The notes beneath the pieces were generated by a model. It made no database searches. It worked only from the letters and a program-made list of their open reading frames with translations, and was not told the DNA's origin. Position numbers and translations under genes: made by a program. This document shows positions 16,759-26,184 of a stretch of DNA of 64,000 nucleotides, piece after piece; position 1 is the first letter of the stretch; every line of letters starts with the position of its first letter. The stretch is from a virus: the IMG/VR virus record IMGVR_UViG_3300031949_000012, positions 1 through 64,000 of that record; one strand, given 5' to 3'.

Positions 16759-17004
16759 TTAGGGATAGACCTGCTGACCAGTCTTGACCTGATATACCCC
16801 AACCCCACCGCTTTCCTGTTCTCTAATTTCCCAGGCCAGGCGCGAGAAATGATGACTTCCCAACTCCGGCTCAAACGCCTGAAAAAACAAACAATCTGAG
16901 TAACACTTCTTACAGCGCCGGATGCTCAGGTTCGGGTTTACGTGCTGTACCAGGGTAATGAACTCATGCCGGCAGCGGGAATTGTTCATGATGAGCCACT
17001 GCAT
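16759..17004 (-). CDS. hypothetical protein
   Basis: ORF coupled to RNR stop. Confidence 0.55.
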   Translation of the reverse strand: MQWLIMNNSRCRHEFITLVQHVNPNLSIRRCKKCYSDCLFFQAFEPELGSHHFSRLAWEIREQESGGVGVYQVKTGQQVYP

Positions 17005-18569
17005 TATAGGGCCACCTCACAAACGCCGGTTGGACAGGCGGCGGCAATTTGAGCCTGCGCCTCTAAAACCTGCACCTGCCGGCTGCCATCCCGATAAACG
17101 GTAATCCCCTTACATCCCTTGCGCCAGGCGTACTCGATTATTTGCCGGACTTGTGCTGGTTCAGTCTCATGGGGGATATTGATGGTTTTAGATACGCCGC
17201 TGTCACAAAACTCCTGCGCTGCCGCTTGAATGTCCAGGTGTTGTTTCCAGGTGGGCTGTTTATCCACTTCGTCATTCAGGGCGGAAACGAAATAAGGCTC
17301 GCCGGCCAAATGATGCTCAAAGATGTAGCTTTCCCCCTTCTCGTCGGTGCGTTTATAGACCGGGGAGAAAATGGGTTCGATGCCATGTGAACAGTTGCCA
17401 ATGAAGGCAATAGAACCGGTCGGGGCAACCGTGGTCACGGTAATGTTTCTCCTTCCTACATGGCTGCAACTGGCCGGGATGCCTCGTTTGGCGCCTAACC
17501 ACTCTGACATCTCTCTGGCCCCCTGGTAAATGGTCTGCATTACCCTGAGCAAAACGTCAATGCTGGCCTGGCTGCCATAGGCAATCTGCATTTTGAGGTA
17601 AAGGTCGGCCAGTCCCATAAGTCCTACCCCCACTGGCCGGTGGGCCTCGTACCAGTCGCTGAATTTGTGGTTGGGGAAGATATTCTGAGAACCAACATTG
17701 TCTAAGAAGCGGGCTACAAGGCCAGCTGTCTCGAAAAGTCGGTCATAATTATAGATGAGCTTCGAGAAGTCTAAGAAGGTCTCATGAGCGACATTGATCG
17801 AGGCCAGATTGCAGCTGCCATAGCTGGGTAAAGGTTGTTCGCCGCAGGGATTAGTAGCGTTGATCTCCTCAATGTAGGGTGTCTGGTTGTTGATGGTATC
17901 ATAGAACAATAGACCAGGTTCGCCATTTTGCCAGGCATTTTGGGCAATAGTGTCCAGTAAATTGTGCCGGCCGGTAATACCATCACGCATCCACTCGTCA
18001 GTCGCCATCACCGACTGGTTAAAGTTGTGAGCAAACCGCTCATTTTTGGTTTGCTTCAGGTTGATAAATTTCTCCAGGTCCGGGTGGTCGGAACGCATAG
18101 TGTACATCAGAGCTATCTGGCGAAAGTTTCCCTGGGTGATCATATCCAAGTAGTCGCTGACCCGGATAGCCCAGTTGTTGGGCCCGTAGGCCACACCGTG
18201 GACGCTGCCACTGACCGGCGCACCTTCTGCTCGAATATGAGTGCCGGTGAACCCACATCCACCGCCGCGTTTGCCGACAGCGGCAATGTCTCCCAGGGTT
18301 TCGACGTGATGCTCAAGTTCATCTCGGTCAGGTCCGACGACGAAGCAAGCAAATAAGCCGCCGTTTCGGGCCCCGGAGTTGGCCAGACAGGGCGAATTGG
18401 GCAGCCAGACCCGCTCGCGTAAGCTGGTCCTGGCCCGCTCGATATAAGTTTCTTCTGTCTCATTCTGGCAGACGTAATCAATGACCCGATTGACGAGAAT
18501 GGGCCAGCCTTCGCCGGGGTGGTAATATCGCTGTCTGAGTAATCTTTCCACATCTGTTTCAAGTTTCAT
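17004..18569 (-). CDS. nrdJ: class II (adenosylcobalamin-dependent) ribonucleotide reductase
   Basis: PNSP.L.N, ACFV, TNPCGEQPL, CNLASIN, APTG, SKTIN, KGITVYRDGSR, C-terminal CPTGVC; no beta subunit nearby. Confidence 0.9.
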   Translation of the reverse strand: MKLETDVERLLRQRYYHPGEGWPILVNRVIDYVCQNETEETYIERARTSLRERVWLPNSPCLANSGARNGGLFACFVVGPDRDELEHHVETLGDIAAVGKRGGGCGFTGTHIRAEGAPVSGSVHGVAYGPNNWAIRVSDYLDMITQGNFRQIALMYTMRSDHPDLEKFINLKQTKNERFAHNFNQSVMATDEWMRDGITGRHNLLDTIAQNAWQNGEPGLLFYDTINNQTPYIEEINATNPCGEQPLPSYGSCNLASINVAHETFLDFSKLIYNYDRLFETAGLVARFLDNVGSQNIFPNHKFSDWYEAHRPVGVGLMGLADLYLKMQIAYGSQASIDVLLRVMQTIYQGAREMSEWLGAKRGIPASCSHVGRRNITVTTVAPTGSIAFIGNCSHGIEPIFSPVYKRTDEKGESYIFEHHLAGEPYFVSALNDEVDKQPTWKQHLDIQAAAQEFCDSGVSKTINIPHETEPAQVRQIIEYAWRKGCKGITVYRDGSRQVQVLEAQAQIAAACPTGVCEVAL

Positions 18570-18622
18570 GCTTTCTCCTTAGAATAAATTCCCTTTAATC
18601 AACATAGTGTGACATGGCCAGC

Positions 18623-18970
18623 CTATGGCGCCTTGTTGATCTGCAATCGAAATACGTAGTATTCATTGTCAGTTACTTTGCCCGGTATCAATATTGATAC
18701 GGGTAAAATGGGTTGGCTCTCTCGGTGACACTCGCCTAATAAAATGAGATTGTCCTTGATGTCGCTGACACAATCTGGATCAACTGGAATAAACTTCTCC
18801 AAACCAATAATATCTAGGTTAATCGAGTAGCCATCGAACTCGCGTACCTCGAAGGTAATAGGGAATAAGATTTCCTTACCATCTGCCAGGCGAAAACCAA
18901 GCCGTACTTGCCTACCAACCTCAATCTGATGCCGGGTAAATAGGGTCTGTGCATCTTCAAAATCTCTCAT
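18623..18970 (-). CDS. hypothetical protein
   Basis: ORF, AAGGA SD. Confidence 0.65.
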   Translation of the reverse strand: MRDFEDAQTLFTRHQIEVGRQVRLGFRLADGKEILFPITFEVREFDGYSINLDIIGLEKFIPVDPDCVSDIKDNLILLGECHRESQPILPVSILIPGKVTDNEYYVFRLQINKAP

Positions 18971-18974
18971 CGTT

Positions 18975-19511
18975 TTATCCTTTCTTTAACCAACTGAATA
19001 TTAAATCGGCCAGAGTATGGCCACTGTCTGAGAGGGACATTCCCAGCCATAAGAAGAACAAGGCCGGAAAAGTGACATATTTCTCCAAACTAAAAAGCAG
19101 CACCGGCAAGGTCAGGAACAGCACCAGCAAAGCAAAGCGGGGAAGCGTGCCGATGAAAGGCAGATGCGAAAAGAACAGCAACCGCCACGGCTGGCGCAAA
19201 GCGTAATACCAATCTCTGGCTCTTAGCCCACTTCGATGTACGATTTGCTGGCGGTACATCTCAATGCCTAATGCTTCGCTAATCTTACTTTCCCCCCCGG
19301 CAATGTCCATATCTGGATTGAAGTAGATATGGACGTACCGGCCACGACTTAACTTCGACAAGCTCAGTTTGAATCGCAAGGGGAGCGTCGCCAAAACGCC
19401 ACCCCCGGCCAGGGCTGCATACTGCGCCGGCAGCCCGGCCAGGAGACATACCCCGGCAACCAGGGGGGCCAGTCCCAGGGTGATAGCGGCGTGGCCGATA
19501 CGACCGGGCAT
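18975..19511 (-). CDS. metal-binding membrane protein (DUF2227/YdjM-like)
   Basis: MPG..H, PD.D, HR, SH.PF.GT, H..AD motifs plus TM helices. Confidence 0.7.
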   Translation of the reverse strand: MPGRIGHAAITLGLAPLVAGVCLLAGLPAQYAALAGGGVLATLPLRFKLSLSKLSRGRYVHIYFNPDMDIAGGESKISEALGIEMYRQQIVHRSGLRARDWYYALRQPWRLLFFSHLPFIGTLPRFALLVLFLTLPVLLFSLEKYVTFPALFFLWLGMSLSDSGHTLADLIFSWLKKG

Positions 19512-19871
19512 TTACTTCACCCACTTCCGGGCTTCAAGTAAGCTGATAATGTCTGCCACGCCGACTGAAGGTGAGCTTGTCGAACCTTTGTCCCCAACGA
19601 CCCTGGTCGCCTTTGGCCTCTCCGCCAGACCTTCCAGTACCTTCACCATCTCTTCAGCTGTGGGAGTGTTGATGTTTCGCTTGATGTTAGCGGCATAGTT
19701 GATGAGGGCAACAATGCCGCTAGCTATAGCCAGAAATGCGGCCGGTAAGACGCTGCCCACTTCATCTACAATGGTCTGGTCAAAGCCAATGAGACTGAGA
19801 AGTATGTATACCACGATAGCGACTCCATTGAAAATTGTCAGCTTGTTCCGGTAAAAATCCTTAGTTGTCAT
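19512..19871 (-). CDS. small 2-TM membrane protein (holin-like or FtsK partner)
   Basis: MTTKDFYRNKLTIFNGVAIVVY... two hydrophobic helices. Confidence 0.6.
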   Translation of the reverse strand: MTTKDFYRNKLTIFNGVAIVVYILLSLIGFDQTIVDEVGSVLPAAFLAIASGIVALINYAANIKRNINTPTAEEMVKVLEGLAERPKATRVVGDKGSTSSPSVGVADIISLLEARKWVK

Positions 19872-21156
19872 CACCTGTTTCTCCTTTTTGAATAAAGGCC
19901 GGTGGGCTTTGCTGCCACTTGCCGGCTGAGATAAATTGTCTGAGCAGATCATAGCTCTGCTCAGGTCTGACTTTAAGAGTGTACGCCTGGCCTTTGGCGG
20001 TCGGCGCTTCCAAGATGGACGCATTAGCGTAGTTGCGGTAATAAACGGTGACATCAGCTGGTGAAAGCTCGCTTGAGCCTTTTTTGGCAATCTTATTGAT
20101 GCCGGGCAAACTGGCGCCTACTCTGAGTCCAGCAATGACCTGCCCCAAGAAATGAACCCGCTTATCTTCAATGCCTCTAGCCGAAAGCACCCCAAAGATA
20201 ACCCGGTCTACATCACCGGGCAAATTTACCCGCATCATTTTGCCAAACTGTAGTCCCCGTCTCCCTGGCTCGCGTAACAGGAACTCGCCGGGCTGTTGTG
20301 GTAATCTCTCCCCTCGCTGGGGTCGTCTCCGAAAAATGACATCAAAGGGGGTATCGCCATCTACGTGAAAACCAATCTTTCGGTCCATGTTATTGGTGAT
20401 AGCTGCATCAATTACGTCGGAGCGAGGGTGCTGCGTAGCCAGAAGTAGTGTCCCCCTAGAACGAAGTTTCTGAGCTAGCGTAATCAGCGTTGATTTAGAC
20501 CAGCTTTTCAAATGCCGGTCGTGAACCTGCGTGGTCAGGGCAGCTGCTTCGTCAATGACCACCAAGATATGCCGGCCCTTTTTACCATAATGGGCGGTGC
20601 GGGCCAGTTCATCCAATATCTCAATCGCCTGCTGAATGTTCCCGTCGCCGGTAAGAGAGATATAGTGGACGCCCGGAATAGAGCCCCACAAATGGAGAAA
20701 GTCTTCTTCTTCGCCCTTGAGGTCAAACAGATAAACCTCACAGACGTTGGTAAAAGCTGTGCCTTTGGCGAAAAGCTGAGTCATAATCAGGTTGATGAAG
20801 TTGGTCTTACCAAAGCCGGTCATTCCGGCGACCAGGGTGTGGTGACGGGCTAAATCAATCCGAATGGCTCTCTCTCCGGCGTGAGAGAGCACCACTTCCA
20901 GCGGCTTCAGCCGGAAACGGCTGATGTAATCTACTGGGCTTTCAATGGGCATTAGCACCCGGCGCGGAGTATTAGTTCGCTCTGCTTTGCGGCGTAAATA
21001 GCGATGGGTTGTAGCCAGAGCGATGCGCCGGGCGACCATCACTGTACCGAAAAGGATATAGAATAGGGGCACCAGAAGCGACAAATGGTTGCCACTGAAT
21101 ACCCGCAGCCCGATTTCAACCAGACCGAAAAGCCATAGAACGGTTGTCAGTTCCAT
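19861..21156 (-). CDS. membrane-anchored FtsK/SpoIIIE/TraB-like ATPase
   Basis: 2 N-terminal TMs; HTLVAGMTGFGKT Walker A; DLKG; VVIDEAA Walker B; LLLATQHP; PGEFL. Confidence 0.85.
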   Translation of the reverse strand: MELTTVLWLFGLVEIGLRVFSGNHLSLLVPLFYILFGTVMVARRIALATTHRYLRRKAERTNTPRRVLMPIESPVDYISRFRLKPLEVVLSHAGERAIRIDLARHHTLVAGMTGFGKTNFINLIMTQLFAKGTAFTNVCEVYLFDLKGEEEDFLHLWGSIPGVHYISLTGDGNIQQAIEILDELARTAHYGKKGRHILVVIDEAAALTTQVHDRHLKSWSKSTLITLAQKLRSRGTLLLATQHPRSDVIDAAITNNMDRKIGFHVDGDTPFDVIFRRRPQRGERLPQQPGEFLLREPGRRGLQFGKMMRVNLPGDVDRVIFGVLSARGIEDKRVHFLGQVIAGLRVGASLPGINKIAKKGSSELSPADVTVYYRNYANASILEAPTAKGQAYTLKVRPEQSYDLLRQFISAGKWQQSPPAFIQKGETGDDN

Positions 21157-21429
21157 TTACTTATCTTCCTTTATAGGCCCACTCCAATTTGTAATTGTTA
21201 TCGGAGCAGCTTTTGCTGACATTGGATAACAATAAAACCAATGTCCTTGAGCAATGATTAGTCCTGGCCATTTATCATCCAGGTATTTTGGTGTATGGTT
21301 CATCATAATCAGATCGCCGGCCGGTGAAATAATGGCTATATCGGCCAGAACGCGCAAATAATCATGGCTTGCAACTGTTGTTTTTATGCCAATCAACCAT
21401 TCTTTCCCATATCCATATTCTTCACTCAT
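21157..21429 (-). CDS. hypothetical protein
   Basis: ORF, GAGG SD. Confidence 0.6.
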   Translation of the reverse strand: MSEEYGYGKEWLIGIKTTVASHDYLRVLADIAIISPAGDLIMMNHTPKYLDDKWPGLIIAQGHWFYCYPMSAKAAPITITNWSGPIKEDK

Positions 21430-21655
21430 GATCTTCCTCTTGGTCTATAAATGGCGGATGGAAATACCACCAGGGAATATCTCTCCTTATCCGACAATGG
21501 GGTAGAATTGGTTTAGGGCGCTGCGTTATAGCAGCAAGTATCTTTTTTTGATAGGGGAGAAGTTTAATGGATTCCATCTCGCCTGTCTCCTTATTCTTCA
21601 TACAGCAATAATTTTCAATAAGCTCGGTTAATGATATGTCTGATAAGTCATTCAT
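21422..21655 (-). CDS. mini-protein resembling terminase large subunit N-terminus
   Basis: IENYCCMKNKETGEMESIKLLPYQKKIL vs TerL IENFCWIERKETREILPFIPYDWQWDIL. Confidence 0.55.
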   Translation of the reverse strand: MNDLSDISLTELIENYCCMKNKETGEMESIKLLPYQKKILAAITQRPKPILPHCRIRRDIPWWYFHPPFIDQEEDHE

Positions 21656-22323
21656 GCTCCATCTCCTAAGAGGAATCTTCTGTCCCACATCTCCTGCATA
21701 AGTAATTGTACCTTCCAGGGTGGCATAGTCCCGGAATTGCCGATTTCTCGGAGTTCCCGGCTTAGCTGCACCAGGGGTAAATCTTCTTCTATCTCCTTGT
21801 GCGGTGGTGAACCGGCTACATTTAGGATTGCCTTTTCTAGCTGCGCCGGCACTAGCCGGTTCTCGACTACGAATTTTCCCTGATGAGTGATGACTGTCCG
21901 CCTGACTTTTTGGCCGGTCAACCAGCGCCAGACGATAGCCCAGGTCGGCTCGAAACTGGTTGGTACTGGGTCATTAGTGCTGATAGGGATAGACTTCTTA
22001 GCGTAGTTGTAGAACCCGGTGAATTTGTAATATACCCCGCCCGCCCGGTACTCGTATTCGGTGACGACGTGGATTTCGTGCTTCCAGTTGAGCAAATGGA
22101 ATAGGAAATAGAATAGACCGGGAATACAAAGCAGGAGCAATACCCAGGCTCGTTCCCATTCTGTCCAGCGCCACAAATCATAGACGAAACAGGCCCACAG
22201 GAACGCTCCACCCAGACCCAGGGCTGCTTCGGCCACAACCTCAAGACCCAGGTGACGACACCAGAACTGCACCAGCTGGCCCTCACCTATTTCTTTGCGG
22301 ATGCGGGTAGGAAGTGTGCTCAT
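21652..22323 (-). CDS. 2-TM membrane protein with soluble C-terminal (bPH-like) domain
   Basis: R.H, two TMs, W....+VT, K.+G pattern. Confidence 0.6.
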   Translation of the reverse strand: MSTLPTRIRKEIGEGQLVQFWCRHLGLEVVAEAALGLGGAFLWACFVYDLWRWTEWERAWVLLLLCIPGLFYFLFHLLNWKHEIHVVTEYEYRAGGVYYKFTGFYNYAKKSIPISTNDPVPTSFEPTWAIVWRWLTGQKVRRTVITHQGKFVVENRLVPAQLEKAILNVAGSPPHKEIEEDLPLVQLSRELREIGNSGTMPPWKVQLLMQEMWDRRFLLGDGA

Positions 22324-22631
22324 ATAGCAACCTCGTCTGGGGGAATGACCTTGGCCCCGGTCAAGATAATCCGGCCGATGTAACGCCGGCCTTCTTTATT
22401 TTCCAGTATTTCAATCAGGCCGTGCTCCTGCAGCCGGTCTAAAGCGCGGCTGATAGTTACCGGGCTGATGGGCTGTCCGCCTCTTTGAGAGGCCAGGTAA
22501 TCGGCAATCTCCTGCAAATAGGGCGCATTACCCATCTTTTCTAGCCAAAACCAGACAACGTATTGGTAGACCTGGTTATCAAACTCCCGAAATTTCCCCT
22601 CTGCCGGGTATAGCTCCTCAAATAAGCTCAT
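22320..22631 (-). CDS. LexA-like winged-helix DNA-binding protein
   Basis: G.AP.+.EIA..L....S..T+.R.L..L...GLI. Confidence 0.75.
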   Translation of the reverse strand: MSLFEELYPAEGKFREFDNQVYQYVVWFWLEKMGNAPYLQEIADYLASQRGGQPISPVTISRALDRLQEHGLIEILENKEGRRYIGRIILTGAKVIPPDEVAI

Positions 22632-23071
22632 CTATTCCTGCCTCGTAATATGTAGTGAACGCCGTGAAACATCCCGCTTCTGCGTTTGCCCTTGAAAAGA
22701 ACTTCACTCCGAATGTCCTGATTTCGAGCAAATTCCAGGGCGACCTGGTAAACTTCGTCCGTTGAAAAGAGACTTTCCTTGTAGCCGGTTACAGGCAGTT
22801 CAGCTATCCCGGCCCAAAAGATACCGGCAATGAACAATCGGGCCTGGTTGGATTTCCAGGCCGCCCGCATGGCCCGGTAGACTTGCACATGGACATAACC
22901 GCCTTTCTCGTGAGCAACTTGTACTATCTCTTTCAAGGCTACCGGCCAGCTGCGCCGATCTTTGTATGCGCCCAGTATCCAACTCCAAATTAGATGCAGC
23001 TTGGGGGACATCACCGGCTCGTAGAAAGCATCATTGATGCGTATTTCTATCAGATCGCCCGGTAAACGCAT
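22628..23071 (-). CDS. hypothetical protein
   Basis: ORF, coupled. Confidence 0.65.
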   Translation of the reverse strand: MRLPGDLIEIRINDAFYEPVMSPKLHLIWSWILGAYKDRRSWPVALKEIVQVAHEKGGYVHVQVYRAMRAAWKSNQARLFIAGIFWAGIAELPVTGYKESLFSTDEVYQVALEFARNQDIRSEVLFKGKRRSGMFHGVHYILRGRNR

Positions 23072-23130
23072 CTGGTAGAAATAATCGAATGGCTTATATC
23101 CGCCGCCTAGTTCACGCCGGGCGCGTTGTT

Positions 23131-23649
23131 CTAAAGTTCCACCGAAGATTGAAGGAATCGGATGTCCCCCCCGTCTGTGATATAGTCTTCACCCTCTTTG
23201 AGCCCCAGTACGTCCAGGGCTTGCCAGGGGGTCTCGACGATGTGGTAGGGTACGCCCACGCTTACAAATCCATTCCGGCACTTCTCCTCACCCTCGGTCA
23301 AGGTCCAGCGGTTTTCTGGGTTCTTGATTTCAACGATATACAGCTGTCCTCGAAAGCCAACCAGGATGTCAAAGGAATTTTCAAGCCGGTGGGTGTCTAA
23401 AACGTAGGCTCCGGCGCGGTCTAAAATCTTCACAATGTCTGGTTGGTTCTTATCTATCTTGGCGGCTCGACGCATTAAGTTTTCAAAGCTCCGTTTGATG
23501 TAAAGCTGGAACGAGTAGGAAAAGCTGGAGAGATAATATCCCTTTCTTTCTCTCAGGCCGGGGTTTTCGATGAACCAGGCTTCAATCAGTTCTTTGGTTG
23601 CGCCCGGCTGTGCTCTTAAGTAATCTATCAGCACCTCATCGTCTTTCAT
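23131..23649 (-). CDS. VRR-NUC/PD-(D/E)XK endonuclease (Holliday junction resolvase-like)
   Basis: RRAAKID.NQ..IV..L...G; D+LVGFRG...VEIKN; LT..E. Confidence 0.75.
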   Translation of the reverse strand: MKDDEVLIDYLRAQPGATKELIEAWFIENPGLRERKGYYLSSFSYSFQLYIKRSFENLMRRAAKIDKNQPDIVKILDRAGAYVLDTHRLENSFDILVGFRGQLYIVEIKNPENRWTLTEGEEKCRNGFVSVGVPYHIVETPWQALDVLGLKEGEDYITDGGDIRFLQSSVEL

Positions 23650-23773
23650 TGGCCTTGGTCCTGTTGCTGATAAGCAGGGCGACTATGCCCAAGCCGACTA
23701 AACTGGCCAGTACGCCAAATCCAAAGGCCAGAATGATAACTGCGGTTAAACTGAGACAAATTGTACTTTCCAC
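23636..23773 (-). CDS. 45-aa membrane peptide
   Basis: hand translation; GGAGG SD, GTG start, long hydrophobic stretch. Confidence 0.6.
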   Translation of the reverse strand: MESTICLSLTAVIILAFGFGVLASLVGLGIVALLISNRTKANERR

Positions 23774-23785
23774 ATCCACCTCCGC

Positions 23786-23831
23786 GAAAATCAATTATCG
23801 CTATTGTACTCTACTTCGCACTGTCTGTCAA
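23786..23831 (-). promoter_or_regulatory. leftward sigma70 promoter plus operator over its start site
   Basis: TTGACA(23831-26)-17-TACAAT(23808-03); GAAAATCAATTATC 23786-23799. Confidence 0.8.
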
Positions 23832-23854
23832 GGGCTTCGATAAATTCTGCCTGA

Positions 23855-23883
23855 TTGACAGGATAATGGTTTTCCGGTATTAT
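23855..23883 (+). promoter_or_regulatory. rightward sigma70 promoter for packaging operon
   Basis: TTGACA-17-TATTAT; 16 bp identical to reverse complement of 11284-11299. Confidence 0.8.
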
Positions 23884-23906
23884 GTTCATAGTGAGTATGT
23901 CGAACT

Positions 23907-24380
23907 ATGATAATAGACTTGACGGATGAGCAAATAAAGCGGCTAGAAGATTATTACGTCTCAACTCCTGGGGCAACCTTATCCACTCTGGCTGCAGAGG
24001 CAAAGGCGCTAATTGGCCGGGAGGTGGACCGTTCTACGCTGAAAGGGCACTCAGGCAAGAGGCGCTGGGGCGTCATGAAGAAACGCTTCCAGATGGGTAA
24101 ATCCTCTTTGCCAGAAAGTGTGGGTGAGGAAGCAGATGATTTGAGAACGATTGTCTATGACAAAATAATGGACCCTGATGATCCCCCCTCAGTCCAGGAA
24201 CTGACTACCCTCATTGCTTCCTGGCAAAAACTACAAGAAGTTGCCCCCAGAACACGCAGCGCCAAAACCCCCCGCGAACAGGCGATTGCGGCAGCCCAAA
24301 AGGCTACCAGAAATGTAGTTCGTTTTCGCAAGGCCCGTGACCAGGAGCCGCCCAATGGCGCAGCTGACGATAACAAATGA
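23907..24380 (+). CDS. terS: terminase small subunit (putative)
   Basis: N-terminal HTH ending RRW, position directly before TerL. Confidence 0.65.
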   Translation: MIIDLTDEQIKRLEDYYVSTPGATLSTLAAEAKALIGREVDRSTLKGHSGKRRWGVMKKRFQMGKSSLPESVGEEADDLRTIVYDKIMDPDDPPSVQELTTLIASWQKLQEVAPRTRSAKTPREQAIAAAQKATRNVVRFRKARDQEPPNGAADDNK

Positions 24381-26151
24381 ACTGCTCCTGAATATGGGTG
24401 ACGAGAACCTGGTCGAAGCTGACTATGAGTTCATCTGGTCTAACGTTGGCCTTGACTACGAAAGCGAACTGAAACCATCTCAAATCGAAGAAATCGTTGC
24501 CTGTACCCTCGATTGCCGGTACTTTATCGAGAATTTCTGCTGGATTGAGCGTAAAGAAACCAGGGAGATTTTGCCTTTCATCCCTTATGACTGGCAATGG
24601 GATATTCTGGAACGACTGCAAAATGGAGAGTCACTTGTCATCAACAAGTCGCGTCGGGTCGGTATTTCCTGGGCTATAGCTGCCTATACTGCCTGGCTGA
24701 CTAATTTCTCCGAAGGGGCGCACGTTCTTTTTCTTTCGCGTACGGAAAATGACGCGAAAAAATTGCTGCGTAAAGTCAAGTTTATCCTCAGAAACCTGGC
24801 CTATCACGACGCCGACCACATCCGGGATGCAACCCCGGCCAGTTTTTTGATGGGCGATGTCGAAACTGATAACCAGCAATTTTTCTCCATCAAGTTCCGC
24901 GATGACAGCGGAAATACGGCCGGCTTCTCGGCGGCCGAGAGCCTGACGATGACTGTTGACGCCGGCCGGAGTGAAGGGCCGACGCTGGTCTTTTGGGATG
25001 AAGCGGGGTTTGCCAAGCCTAACGATGAGGCTACCTGGTCGGCTCTCATGCCGACTACGACCCGTGGCAGCCAGATGGTCGTGGCCTCAACGCCGAACGG
25101 CGTTGGCGGGGTGTTCTGGGGGCTAGTCCGAGATGGCCAGCGTGGGGCTAATTCCTGGTATCATTATCGCTTCATCCATTGGTCTGAAGCAGGGATGAGC
25201 CAGGAGCAAGTAGACCGGGTACGTGATGCTCTGAAGATGACCAATGAAATGTATCTTCAGGAATTTGAGGGGCAGTTCATCCAGCCCGGTACAAGAGTCT
25301 TTGATGCGACCTATCTGGATGCTTGTTACCGGCCTTTTGACCGCTACCCGGAAGTCAAGGATTACCTGGAACAGTATGACTATAATACCGGGCGCTATTA
25401 TCTTGGGGTGGATAGCGGCACCGGCTCTTACCACAAGAAGCGTATCCCAGACGAGAACGTTTTCCTCGCTGTGACCCGGCATGGCGTAGTCGCTTACGTT
25501 GAGCACAACCGAAAGCTCTTGGGAGACTGGGCTGGCAAGCCTATTACTATGGCTGACGGTACGACCGGCTGGCAGCAGGGGCAAGTTTCCAAACTTCATG
25601 CTGAATGGCCGGGGATTATGTATATCGAGAAGAAGATTGGCGGTGATACGGTTATCAATAACTACCAGGCCCCCGGAGACGGGCAAAGTCTGATGATCCC
25701 GGTCAACCCAGACAACAAATCTATCAGCCGAATTATGGGCAATCTCATTCTGGCAGTTGAGGGGTCGCAGGTTATCATCACCGATGATACCCTTTACCAG
25801 CAGATGTATGACATCCAACGGGGGACGCAGCCGGGTACATACTCGCCCCCGGATGGGGGTAGCAAGGACGTTTTGATGGCTTTTGCCTGGGCGTATGACG
25901 CTCTGCTGACTTATGGCGGCGAGGCTATCCCGGAGCAATTCAGATTACCTGATCCGAACCGGCCTTCGGCTACTGGAAGTTTTAGCCTGCCTATTCTCCA
26001 ATACTTGCCGGGAATGAGCACACCTTTGAATGTCCAGCACTTGCGCCAAACTGATATGATGGAAGGGCCAGGAAGACTGCCTGTACCTACAATCAATGCC
26101 CCGGTGCCGGTGACGAATTTAGATGGCTACCGGCCCAGGGACCGCTTTTAA
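24355..26151 (+). CDS. terL: terminase large subunit
   Basis: Q motif (YDWQ), KSRRVGIS Walker A, FWDEAGF Walker B, ASTPNG motif III, QEFEGQF, LGVD nuclease, D..MA..W. Confidence 0.92.
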   Translation: MAQLTITNELLLNMGDENLVEADYEFIWSNVGLDYESELKPSQIEEIVACTLDCRYFIENFCWIERKETREILPFIPYDWQWDILERLQNGESLVINKSRRVGISWAIAAYTAWLTNFSEGAHVLFLSRTENDAKKLLRKVKFILRNLAYHDADHIRDATPASFLMGDVETDNQQFFSIKFRDDSGNTAGFSAAESLTMTVDAGRSEGPTLVFWDEAGFAKPNDEATWSALMPTTTRGSQMVVASTPNGVGGVFWGLVRDGQRGANSWYHYRFIHWSEAGMSQEQVDRVRDALKMTNEMYLQEFEGQFIQPGTRVFDATYLDACYRPFDRYPEVKDYLEQYDYNTGRYYLGVDSGTGSYHKKRIPDENVFLAVTRHGVVAYVEHNRKLLGDWAGKPITMADGTTGWQQGQVSKLHAEWPGIMYIEKKIGGDTVINNYQAPGDGQSLMIPVNPDNKSISRIMGNLILAVEGSQVIITDDTLYQQMYDIQRGTQPGTYSPPDGGSKDVLMAFAWAYDALLTYGGEAIPEQFRLPDPNRPSATGSFSLPILQYLPGMSTPLNVQHLRQTDMMEGPGRLPVPTINAPVPVTNLDGYRPRDRF

Positions 26152-26184
26152 GTTTGTCGAAAAGACAGGAGATAATTAAGTAAG

